64,000 nt of DNA from Fibrobacteria bacterium. Its GTDB lineage: Bacteria; Fibrobacterota; Chitinivibrionia; Chitinivibrionales; FEN-1185. Position 1 is the first letter of the stretch; each line of letters begins with the position of its first letter. The stretch is from NCBI GenBank assembly GCA_037447435.1, contig JBBIGR010000023.1, positions 1-64,000 of the forward strand, in the 5' to 3' direction. A model generated the notes under the pieces. The model searched no databases, was not told the DNA's origin, and saw nothing but the letters and a program-made list of their open reading frames with translations. A program made the position numbers and the translations under genes. Positions 26,151 to 34,816 of the stretch are shown here, piece by piece.

Positions 26151-27857
26151 TTATAAAACGGTTCCGTCGAAAATGTCGAGAATGTTTTTTATGATCGGTT
26201 CATGTGCGATTTCATCATCTATCGAAGCAAAAGCATTGCTTGGGCCAACGATAATCGAGTTAAGGCCGGCAGGGTCGGCATCCTGCGCTTCCAGCGTTAT
26301 ATGGAGTGTTAATTGCGTTTTGAAAAATTCATTCAAGCCGCTTTGTATCTCGTCGCGATGTTTCTTCTTTGTCACCTCGGAAAATTGAAAATGAAAGGCC
26401 TTGGGAAACCGCAGATCTATCGTATCCGCAGTCATCGAAATGACGGCGGCCACCGATAAATGATATCCGAGCGGCGGCCTGCTTTTTTGTATGTAATCAA
26501 TGAATTGCGGCCAATCGTTTTGAATGGACTTGGCCGGGGAAACATCGGTTGCAATTTCCGGGGAATTTTCAGGGGTTTCCACAGGTTTTTTTTCGAAATC
26601 GGACTGGGGTTCTTTGGAAACTTCAGGTATTGCGGCAGGCGCTACCGGCGGAATTATCGGCATCAAATCAGTTTTTTTTTTATCGTCCGAAACCGGCATA
26701 AAAGAAGCTGCTGTCGACGCTTGAGGGTTTCCCATTGCTTTGAGCAAGGTTTCGATCGACACGGAGGTGTCGAGACGGACCAGTTTCATAAGCATGATTT
26801 CAATCAGAAAGCGGGGAAACGAACTCCACTTGAGTTCGGCCTCGGTTTTCCGGATGATTTCCGCCATGCGCAATAAATCCGCTTCGGTGAACGAAGCGGC
26901 GTGTTTTGTAAGCTGCTCGGTCACTCCGGCGGCCAAGTCGAGTTTGTTGTTGTCAAGTACGCCGGGCACATGACTAAAAAGCATGGTGCGGACATAATCG
27001 AGCAATCCGCTGCAAAATTCGCTTAAGTCAAATCCGTGCGATAAAACTTCCTCGATTGCGGCCAATGCCGGCTGCGGATTTTTAGCCGCAATTGCGGCAA
27101 CTACCGTATCGTACATCTCATTGCTTATTATGCCCAATGCCGATCGTACCGATGCTTCATCGATGGTGTCCTGGGAAAACGAATAGACCTGATCGAGCAA
27201 GCTCAACCCGTCGCGCATGCTTCCTTCGGCTTTGCGGCCAACCAAAAGCAATGCCGGATGGTCGAACGGGATGGCTTCCGCTTTGCAAATGTGTTCGAGG
27301 CGACCGGTTATCTGTTCGGTAGAAATCCGCTTGAAGTCGAATCGTTGGCATCTCGAATGAATGGTCGCGGGTATTTTTTGCGGTTCGGTTGTTGCAAAAA
27401 TAAAGATAACGTTTTTCGGCGGTTCCTCAAGGGTCTTGAGCAATGCGTTGAATGCCGATTTGGAAAGCATATGCACTTCGTCTATCACATAGATGCGGTA
27501 TTTCCCGCCCATGGAAGAGTAACGCACGTTGTCTCGTATTTCCCGGATGTCTTCAACGGAATTATTGGACGCGCCGTCGATTTCAAGCACATCGAACGAT
27601 GAGCCGCCGATGATGTTTTTGCATGGTTCGCATTCGCCGCACGGCGTGGCGGTCGGGCCTTTGTCGCAATTCAGCGCGCGGGCGAGGATCCGGGCCGTCG
27701 TTGTTTTGCCGACCCCGCGGGTTCCGGTGAAAATATAGGCATGCGCAACTCGATCTTTTTCAATGGCCTTTTTCAGGGTAGCGGTGATATGTTCCTGGCC
27801 AACGACATCGTCGAATGTCAACGGACGCCATTTGCGGGCAAAAACCAAATAGCTCAT
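26151..27857 (-). CDS. dnaX: DNA polymerase III subunit gamma/tau
   Basis: MSYLVFARKWRP, GTRGVGKTT, EIDGASNN, IDEVHMLS, LKTLEEPP, SRCQRF. Confidence 0.98.
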   Translation of the reverse strand: MSYLVFARKWRPLTFDDVVGQEHITATLKKAIEKDRVAHAYIFTGTRGVGKTTTARILARALNCDKGPTATPCGECEPCKNIIGGSSFDVLEIDGASNNSVEDIREIRDNVRYSSMGGKYRIYVIDEVHMLSKSAFNALLKTLEEPPKNVIFIFATTEPQKIPATIHSRCQRFDFKRISTEQITGRLEHICKAEAIPFDHPALLLVGRKAEGSMRDGLSLLDQVYSFSQDTIDEASVRSALGIISNEMYDTVVAAIAAKNPQPALAAIEEVLSHGFDLSEFCSGLLDYVRTMLFSHVPGVLDNNKLDLAAGVTEQLTKHAASFTEADLLRMAEIIRKTEAELKWSSFPRFLIEIMLMKLVRLDTSVSIETLLKAMGNPQASTAASFMPVSDDKKKTDLMPIIPPVAPAAIPEVSKEPQSDFEKKPVETPENSPEIATDVSPAKSIQNDWPQFIDYIQKSRPPLGYHLSVAAVISMTADTIDLRFPKAFHFQFSEVTKKKHRDEIQSGLNEFFKTQLTLHITLEAQDADPAGLNSIIVGPSNAFASIDDEIAHEPIIKNILDIFDGTVL

Positions 27858-27877
27858 AAAGACCTAGTTTAAAAAAA

Positions 27878-27976
27878 GGGCCAAGTTTACCTGCGGCACA
27901 CTCAGTTACCGTTTACCGTTGCTCCCTTCCGGGCCTGGCGGGGTTCACAGACTGTCGTTGCGCAGGGCCTGACCCC
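27878..27976 (-). ncRNA. ffs: signal recognition particle RNA (small, 4.5S)
   Basis: Minus strand contains GTGAACCCCGCCAGGCCCGGAAGGGAGCAACGGTA (domain IV with GGAA tetraloop) inside a long hairpin ending in a T-run. Lies upstream of dnaX. Confidence 0.92.
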
Positions 27977-27989
27977 GATTTACTGAGAA

Positions 27990-28077
27990 TGGCGGAGAGG
28001 TGGGGATTTGAACCCCAGATACATTTCTGTATACACGCTTTCCAGGCGTGCTCCTTAAACCGCTCGGACACCTCTCC
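27990..28077 (-). tRNA. tRNA-Ser(GGA)
   Basis: Reverse complement GGAGAGGTGTCCGAGCGGTTTAAGGAGCACGCCTGGAAAGCGTG...GGTTCAAATCCCCACCTCTCCGCCA. Long variable arm. Confidence 0.97.
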
Positions 28078-28092
28078 GAATATTTGTCATCA

Positions 28093-28121
28093 AAAATAAC
28101 TATTCGCAGCAGCTATGTAAA
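28093..28121 (-). promoter_or_regulatory. sigma70-like promoter for tRNA-Ser/ffs/dnaX
   Basis: Minus strand TTTACA, 17-nt spacer, TATTTT. Confidence 0.5.
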
Positions 28122-28238
28122 CAGGCATATCAAAAACCATATGCAGATTTTTACCGGGAACAAGAATTAAATTCCTGAAAATAGGAATACTTTTTGCAAT
28201 TTTACACAAGAAAATAGATTTTAGCTGTTGAAACAAAT

Positions 28239-28254
28239 TGGCATTTAATTTGCC
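28239..28254 (+). promoter_or_regulatory. sigma54 -24/-12 promoter motif
   Basis: TGGCATTTAATTTGCC matches TGGCAC-N5-TTGC spacing. Upstream of the response regulator. Confidence 0.6.
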
Positions 28255-28445
28255 TCTAAGAATATTCGAATTAGGATTTTGCAAAGATTTCAAAATAGGG
28301 TAAGCGTGAAAATAGATAGGCCGGACTCAAAGGACGGTATCGTATGATTGTACCTTACCATTTAAACAGTAAATCGATTAATTATCTATCATTGGCACTT
28401 ATGGGTTCAACGGTAGAGCGCGCTTCAAAACGCAGGGGAATTCAA

Positions 28446-28823
28446 ATGAATCATGAAAATAAAAGGATTTTGCTCGTCGACGATGAAGAGGTCGTTTTGT
28501 TTGGCTATTCAATGGTTTTATCCGAACCATGGCTGAGCGTCGACACTGCGGAATCGGTTATAGAAGCGAAGACCTTGCTTAGCAATCATGCGTACAATGC
28601 GGCAATCTTGGATTTGCGCCTGTCGAATTCAACGGCATTGGAAGGCATGGATTTGATTGTCGAAGTAAAAAATTCCCAGGCCAAATGTAAAATCTTTGTT
28701 CTTACCGCCTATGGTGATGATGAAACGCGACTTCGGGCAAAGACATTAGGTGCCGATTATTTTCTCGAAAAGCCGGTTGATCCGGAAGGATTAAAGAAAA
28801 TGCTTTTTGAAGTGGGTTTGTAA
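28446..28823 (+). CDS. single-domain response regulator (REC)
   Basis: ILLVDDE, AILDLRL (phospho-Asp), LTAYG, FLEKP. Likely start at 28446 after AGGGG. Confidence 0.9.
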   Translation: MNHENKRILLVDDEEVVLFGYSMVLSEPWLSVDTAESVIEAKTLLSNHAYNAAILDLRLSNSTALEGMDLIVEVKNSQAKCKIFVLTAYGDDETRLRAKTLGADYFLEKPVDPEGLKKMLFEVGL

Positions 28824-28912
28824 TGTAGTGCCTTGGCAATTGCCCGTTACCGCCTTTTCAATTCGATGAACCCTATACCGATACGCACTCTTCTTTAATG
28901 GATATTCAGGAT

Positions 28913-31900
28913 CTAAGGTTTCCAAATCGCATACAAGGTTATATTGGACGTTCCAATTGGTAAACTGTTGCCTGTAGCATATGTGGTACCGGCACCAAGA
29001 GGATCGGTGTTCCATCCGCTAAAATTAAACCCGGTATTTACAAGAGTGCCAGAATCAAGAACTGTCGCATTTTGGCCTGGAGCGTAGGTGTTCGGGTCAA
29101 CCGGGGCTGTTCCACCGGTATTGTTGTTCCCGTTATACGTAACCGTAAAATTTGCTGCGAAACTTACAGCTATCGTATGGTTTACAGAAATGTTTGTAAA
29201 AGAGTATGTCGTTACTGCACCTTGCGAAACGCCGTCGACCAGCACCTCTGCGACATGATAGTTAGAAGCCGGCGTTATAGTGAATGTCTGTGATGCTGCG
29301 GCATTGACAACCACGGAACCGCTCGGAGAAATGGAGCCATTGGCGCCCGCAGATGCCGAGATGGTAAATGTGTTGACGGCGAACGTTGCACTGATGCTGT
29401 GATTTGCCGTAATACTTGTAAAGTTAAATGCGGTAATAGCACCTTGCGAAACGCCGTCGACCAGCACATCGGCGACATGATAATTGGCTGCCGGCGTTAT
29501 TGTGAATGCCTGTGAGGTTGCGGCGTTGACAACCACGGAACCGCTCGGCGATATGGAACCGTTGGCACCCGCGGACGCCGAAATCGTGAAAGTATTGACG
29601 GCAAAAGTCGCGCTTATCGTATGGTTGGCTGTGATATTTGAAAAAGTGAATGTCGAAACAGTGCCTTGCGAATTTCCGTCGACCAAAACGTCGGCAATAT
29701 GATAATTTGCGGCCGGCGTCAAGGTGAATGTTTGCGAAGTAGCGGCGTTAACGACCACCGAACCGTTCGGCGAAATGGATCCGTTGGAGCCGGCCGAAGC
29801 CGTAATAGTGAAGGTATTTATGGCAAAAGTCGCGCTTATCGTGTGGTTGGCAGTTACATTCGTAAAGTTGAACGTCGAAACGGAACCTTGTGAAATTCCG
29901 TCGACCAAAACGTCGGCGACATGATAATTTGCGGCAGGCGTCATGGTAAATGCCTGAGCGGTAGCGGCGTTAACCACCACCGAGCCGTTCGGCGAAATGG
30001 ATCCGTTGGAGCCGGCCGAAGCCGTAATGGTGAATGTGTTTATGGCAAAGGTAGCGCTTATCGCGTGACTTGCAGTCACATTGGTAAATGTATAGGTCGT
30101 GACTTGCCCTTGTGAAACGCCGTCCACCTGCACGTCGGAAATATGATAATTTGCCGCGGGTGAAATTGTAAATGTCTGGTTGGTTCCAATGACCACCGAA
30201 ACAGATCCCGCGGGCGAAATAGAGCCGTGAGACCCGGCCGTCGCAATAATGGTTGCCGTCGGAACGGCAGTCCACTGCGCATATAAAATCACGTTTGCGG
30301 TTCCCATGGTAAATGTTGCACCGGCATTATACCCGGCACCGTTTCCGCCGGACTGGGTATTCCATCCCATAAAGGTGTATCCCGATCGAGCAAGATTCCC
30401 GGTATTGCCCAGAACCACCACCGATTGTCCCGTTGCATAGCGGGCGTTGTCCACGGGGACGTTGCCGGATGTTGCGGTAGTAGAATTATAAATAACCGTA
30501 TATGTCTGGTTCCATTGTGCATACAATATCACATTCGAAGTGCCGATCACCAGAACGCTGCCCGACGTGTAGGATACCCCGCTGCCGTCCGAAGCAGTAT
30601 TCCAACCTGCAAACGCGAATCCTGATTTCGCAAGGCCTCCCGTATTACCGAGAACGGCAGCAGTTTGGCCGGTCGTGTAATGCCCGTTGTCCGTGGGTAC
30701 GTTCCCCGAACCTCCGTTTGCATTATAGCTTACCGTATAGGTCGGTATCAGGTTCCATCGTGCGTACAATGTTTCGTTCGCATTTCCCAGGACAAATGTC
30801 GATCCCGCAATGAACAGGGTCCCGTTTCCTGCCGCTGCAGTGTCCCATCCTGCAAATGAATATCCTGTTCTTGAAAGGTTTCCGGTGTTTCCCCGTACGA
30901 CGACGCTCGCACCTGCCAGGTAATTGTTCGGATCAACCGGAACAGACCCGCCGGTACTGCCATTTTTGTTGTATGTCATGGTGAATGTAGGATTTGCGGT
31001 CCATTGGGCATACAAAATCAGGTTGGCCGAACCCATTGTAAAGGTGGCGCCGGCGGCATAACTCGTGCCGCTGCCGTTTGTTTTCGTGTTCCATCCAACG
31101 AAAGTAAACCCGGATTTAACAAGGTTTCCCGAGTTTAAGGCCGCGGTAACGGATCTGCCGGCAATGTAGTTATTCGTATCCGTCGGTATGGATCCCCCGG
31201 TATTACCGTTGCCGTCATAAGAAACCGTAAATGTCGGGAGGGCTGTCCATTTTGCAAATAAAGTCACGTTGGAGGATCCCATGGTAAAGGATGCCCCCGC
31301 TGCATAACTGATCCCGCTGCCGTCGGCAGCCGTATTCCACCCGCTAAAAGTAAAACCTGATTTTGCAAGAGCTCCGGTGTTGCTGCTTGCGATGACGCCT
31401 TGTCCCAGGACATAATGGGCTGTGTCGGAGGGAATTGTCCCGCCGGTGTTGCCGTTGCCGTTATAGGTTACGGTGTATGTCGAAATGATTGCCCACTGTG
31501 CATACAAGACCACATTGGTTGAGCCCATTGTAAAAGTTGAGCCGACCGCATAGCTGGTTCCGCCGCCGTTCGCTTGCGTATTCCAGCTTGCAAAAGAATA
31601 GCCGGTCCTGACAAGAGATCCCGGGTTAAGAACGGTCACGATGGAACCGGACAGGTAGTTGTTGATATCAGTAAGAACCGTTCCGCCGGTATTGCCGTTA
31701 CCGTTATAGGTGACGATATACGTGGAATTTGCGGTCCACTGTGCATACAAAATCACGTTGGCCGAGCCCATTGCAAAAGTAACCCCGGCGGCATAGCTTG
31801 TACCGCTGCCGTTCGTTTTCGTGTTCCATCCAACGAACGTAAATCCCGTTTTGGAAAGAGTACCGGTATTCGACGATACGGAAACGGAAGCACCGACGGT

Positions 31901-34624
31901 ATAGTTATTGTTATCTGCCGGAACGGTTCCGCCGGTATTTCCATTGCCGTCATAGGTGACGGTAAAGGTAGGGTTTGCCGTCCATTTTGCATACAACGTG
32001 ACATTGGCAGACCCCATTGTAAAGGTAACGCCGGAAGCATAGCTGATGCCGCTGCCGTCGGCAGCGGTGTTCCACCCGATCAAGGTGAATCCTGTCTTAA
32101 CGAGAACTCCGGTGTTATTGCGGGTCACGACGTTTTGCCCGAGAGAATAGTGTGACGTGTCGGACGGTATGGTTCCGCCGGTGTTTCCGTTGCCGTTATA
32201 GGTTACGGTGTATGTTGAGATAACGGTCCATTGCGCGTATAAGACCACATTTGCCGAACCCATGGCAAATGTTGAACCGACCGCATAGCTGGTTCCGCCG
32301 CCGTTGGCTTGCGTGTTCCAGTTCGTAAAAGAATAGCCGGTTTTGGCAAGCGATCCGGGGTTAAGAACGGTAACCGTGGAACCGGTTGTGTAATTGTTTA
32401 CATCGGTTCCGACGCTTCCGCCGGTATTTCCATTCCCGTTATATGTAACCGAAAATGTCGGATTCGCGGTCCACTGCGCATATAAAATCGTATTTGCCGA
32501 ACCTATTGAAAAGGTAACGCCTGCTGCATAGCTCGTGCCGCTGCCGTTAGTTTTCGTGTTCCATCCAACGAACGTAAAACCGGTTTTGACAAGAGACCCG
32601 GTATTGGACAAGACGGTAACGGTTGCGCCCGTTGCATAGTTGTTATTGTCAATTGGGACAAGACCGCCGGTATTGCCGTTGCCGTCATAGCTAACGGTAA
32701 AGGTGCTGTTTGCCGTCCATTGCGCATACAAAGTCACATTTGACGAACCCATTGTAAAGGAAATGCCTGCGGCATAATTGATGCCGCTGCCGTTTGCCTG
32801 CGTATTCCAACCAATAAAGGTGTTTCCCGTTTTTGTCAGGGCTCCCGTGTTTGAGAGTACTGTCACGCTTTGTCCGAGCAGGTAATGAGCAGTGTCGGAG
32901 GGAGGCGTTCCGGCTGTGTTGTTGTTGCCGATATAGGTAACGGTAAAAGTCGGATTGGCAGTCCATTGTGCAAACAACGTTACATTGGAAGAACCCATTG
33001 GAAATGTTGCGCCTTCGGCATAACCGGTACCGCTTCCGTTCGCTGCGGTGTTCCATCCTGTAAATGTGCTGCCCGATTTTACGAGAGAGCCCACATTCCG
33101 TGTCGTGACTGCTTGGCCTTGCGCATAACTATTAACGTCGGCAGGGACGTTTCCTCCCGTGTTTCCGTTGCCGTTATAGGTGACGGTAAAGGTTGGATTG
33201 GCAGTCCATTGCGCGTATAAAACGGTATTGGCGGTGCCGATAGCAAAGGTAACACCCGCCGCGTAGGCAGTGCCGGTACCGTTTGCCTGAGTATTCCATC
33301 CCACAAATGTAAATCCCGTTTTAGCAAGCGACGAGGTGTTTCCGAGTACCGTGACGATTGCGTTTGCGATATAATTATTATTATCTATCGGGACGGTCCC
33401 GCCGGTGTTGCCATTTCCGTCATAGGTCACCCAAAAAGTCGGATCTGCGGTCCATTGCGCGTACAAGGTCGTATTTGAAGAACCCATTGTAAATGCAACG
33501 CCTATTGCATAACTGATGCCGCCGCCGTTTGCCTGAGTATTCCAACCAACAAAAGTGTTTCCCGCTTTGGCAAGCGATCCCGAATTGCCGAGCACGGTGA
33601 CGGTTTGGCCCAATTCGTAATGGGCCGTGTCCGATGGAACTGTCCCGCTTAGGTTTCCGTTTCCGTCATAAGTGACCGTATACGTCACGTTAACTGTCCA
33701 TTGCGCGTATAAAACAACATTGTCTGTACCAACCGGTAATTTCGCGCCGGTTACATAATATGCGCCGCTGCCGTTAGCCTGTGTGTTCCAGCCGACGAAC
33801 GTAAAACCGTTTTTAACAAGGTTCCCCGAGTTGCCGATTACGGCGACGCTTTGGCCCTGCCCGTATTTATTGCTGTCTATGGGAACGGAGCCGCCGGAAT
33901 TTCCGTTTCCATCGTAAGAAATCGAAAACAGTTTTTCAAAAACAATGCAATGGATTGTGTCGATGCCAGATACGACGTTTTTGTTGTCAATCATTTTCAC
34001 GAGGATGGTTTTTTCTCCTGTGTCATTGAACTGAGTTTGAAATGTTCCGGTAGGAGTAGTATCTAAAAAGTCTTTCCCGTTTTGGGCCCACAAATACGAT
34101 TTGATTGTACCGCCCACATCGGTTGCCAATACCGAAAGGGAAAAGGGAAGGGCTTTCTGCGCTTGCACGGGAGTATTCGTTGAAATAATTTGAGGGCGGC
34201 TCGATTTTATAATTAGCCTGGCACTATCAGCGTCGCTTACATTTCCGTCGAAATCGGTTGCTATAACCTTCAGAACCGCTGATTTTATTGGAAATTCTCT
34301 GGTAACAATCATGGTGTCTTTGTCGGTACCGTCGGCGCTGTCAAAGAAAGCCGAGTCGTTATTCCATGAAAAATAGACTTTTTTTACCCTTCCTTTGATC
34401 CCGCCGATGCCGGTGTCGGAAATGGAAAGAGATATGGAAATAGTATCTTGTAAATATCCGGAAATGGTGTCGGCATTAAAAAACACATGAGGCCTTTTTC
34501 CGGATATATAATTGCCGGATTTCACATCAAACGGATTATCCCTGTTGCAAAATAAAAAAAGCAATGTAGATCCAAGAATCACAATCATCGATGGCATAAA
34601 TGATTTTATAAATCTCGATTTCAT
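28913..34624 (-). CDS. giant (~1900 aa) surface lipoprotein with InlB B-repeats (Listeria-Bacteroides repeats) and divergent InlB-type repeats
   Basis: Signal peptide ending LLFLFC, then NRDNPFD and Ig/PKD-like domains. Then 15 tandem ~80-aa repeats (YxGNG..F.GWNT..LYAQW), 5 ~73-aa repeats (ITASAG.NGSISP..V.VDG..HTISATF) and one final type-1 repeat. The ORF track extends to 34666. Confidence 0.88.
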   Translation of the reverse strand: MKSRFIKSFMPSMIVILGSTLLFLFCNRDNPFDVKSGNYISGKRPHVFFNADTISGYLQDTISISLSISDTGIGGIKGRVKKVYFSWNNDSAFFDSADGTDKDTMIVTREFPIKSAVLKVIATDFDGNVSDADSARLIIKSSRPQIISTNTPVQAQKALPFSLSVLATDVGGTIKSYLWAQNGKDFLDTTPTGTFQTQFNDTGEKTILVKMIDNKNVVSGIDTIHCIVFEKLFSISYDGNGNSGGSVPIDSNKYGQGQSVAVIGNSGNLVKNGFTFVGWNTQANGSGAYYVTGAKLPVGTDNVVLYAQWTVNVTYTVTYDGNGNLSGTVPSDTAHYELGQTVTVLGNSGSLAKAGNTFVGWNTQANGGGISYAIGVAFTMGSSNTTLYAQWTADPTFWVTYDGNGNTGGTVPIDNNNYIANAIVTVLGNTSSLAKTGFTFVGWNTQANGTGTAYAAGVTFAIGTANTVLYAQWTANPTFTVTYNGNGNTGGNVPADVNSYAQGQAVTTRNVGSLVKSGSTFTGWNTAANGSGTGYAEGATFPMGSSNVTLFAQWTANPTFTVTYIGNNNTAGTPPSDTAHYLLGQSVTVLSNTGALTKTGNTFIGWNTQANGSGINYAAGISFTMGSSNVTLYAQWTANSTFTVSYDGNGNTGGLVPIDNNNYATGATVTVLSNTGSLVKTGFTFVGWNTKTNGSGTSYAAGVTFSIGSANTILYAQWTANPTFSVTYNGNGNTGGSVGTDVNNYTTGSTVTVLNPGSLAKTGYSFTNWNTQANGGGTSYAVGSTFAMGSANVVLYAQWTVISTYTVTYNGNGNTGGTIPSDTSHYSLGQNVVTRNNTGVLVKTGFTLIGWNTAADGSGISYASGVTFTMGSANVTLYAKWTANPTFTVTYDGNGNTGGTVPADNNNYTVGASVSVSSNTGTLSKTGFTFVGWNTKTNGSGTSYAAGVTFAMGSANVILYAQWTANSTYIVTYNGNGNTGGTVLTDINNYLSGSIVTVLNPGSLVRTGYSFASWNTQANGGGTSYAVGSTFTMGSTNVVLYAQWAIISTYTVTYNGNGNTGGTIPSDTAHYVLGQGVIASSNTGALAKSGFTFSGWNTAADGSGISYAAGASFTMGSSNVTLFAKWTALPTFTVSYDGNGNTGGSIPTDTNNYIAGRSVTAALNSGNLVKSGFTFVGWNTKTNGSGTSYAAGATFTMGSANLILYAQWTANPTFTMTYNKNGSTGGSVPVDPNNYLAGASVVVRGNTGNLSRTGYSFAGWDTAAAGNGTLFIAGSTFVLGNANETLYARWNLIPTYTVSYNANGGSGNVPTDNGHYTTGQTAAVLGNTGGLAKSGFAFAGWNTASDGSGVSYTSGSVLVIGTSNVILYAQWNQTYTVIYNSTTATSGNVPVDNARYATGQSVVVLGNTGNLARSGYTFMGWNTQSGGNGAGYNAGATFTMGTANVILYAQWTAVPTATIIATAGSHGSISPAGSVSVVIGTNQTFTISPAANYHISDVQVDGVSQGQVTTYTFTNVTASHAISATFAINTFTITASAGSNGSISPNGSVVVNAATAQAFTMTPAANYHVADVLVDGISQGSVSTFNFTNVTANHTISATFAINTFTITASAGSNGSISPNGSVVVNAATSQTFTLTPAANYHIADVLVDGNSQGTVSTFTFSNITANHTISATFAVNTFTISASAGANGSISPSGSVVVNAATSQAFTITPAANYHVADVLVDGVSQGAITAFNFTSITANHSISATFAVNTFTISASAGANGSISPSGSVVVNAAASQTFTITPASNYHVAEVLVDGVSQGAVTTYSFTNISVNHTIAVSFAANFTVTYNGNNNTGGTAPVDPNTYAPGQNATVLDSGTLVNTGFNFSGWNTDPLGAGTTYATGNSLPIGTSNITLYAIWKP
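29155..30260 (-). repeat. intragenic tandem array of 5 divergent InlB-type repeat units (~219 bp)
   Basis: Recurring CCGTCGACCA and GGCGACATGATAATT motifs. Units encode TFTI.ASAG.NGSISP.GSVVV. Confidence 0.88.
30262..33928 (-). repeat. intragenic tandem array of 15 InlB-B repeat units (~240-246 bp)
   Basis: Recurring GCCGTTGCCG(T/C)ATAG, TTCCA and CCATTG(C/T)GC motifs at ~240-bp spacing, all in frame. Confidence 0.9.
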
Positions 34625-34665
34625 ATAAAAACTCCTGAAAAAATCGGCATATACTAAATAGGGCA

Positions 34666-34681
34666 TGCTAATTGCGTGCCA
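34666..34681 (-). promoter_or_regulatory. sigma54 -24/-12 promoter motif for the giant lipoprotein
   Basis: Minus strand TGGCACGCAATTAGCA, 42 bp upstream of the likely ATG. Confidence 0.65.
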
Positions 34682-34816
34682 ATAATACTATAAGAAAATT
34701 TTAATGAGTCAAAGCTTGGAATTGATGATCATTAGTAAAAATTGATTTTTCGCAGAATCATCAAAAGTATATCTGAAAAGTAGTGCCCCTAAAACTATCA
34801 TGCAAGGTTATGGAAT

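Noticed and set aside
28090..28445. ORF 28090-28293 and the N-terminal extension of the REC gene from 28344
   Set aside because: AT-rich promoter region with no protein motifs. The REC domain begins at 28446 after an RBS.
28913..33928. Regularly spaced DNA repeats as a CRISPR array or DGR template
   Set aside because: Units are 219-246 bp, degenerate at third codon positions and in frame within one ORF. No cas or reverse transcriptase gene is in the window.
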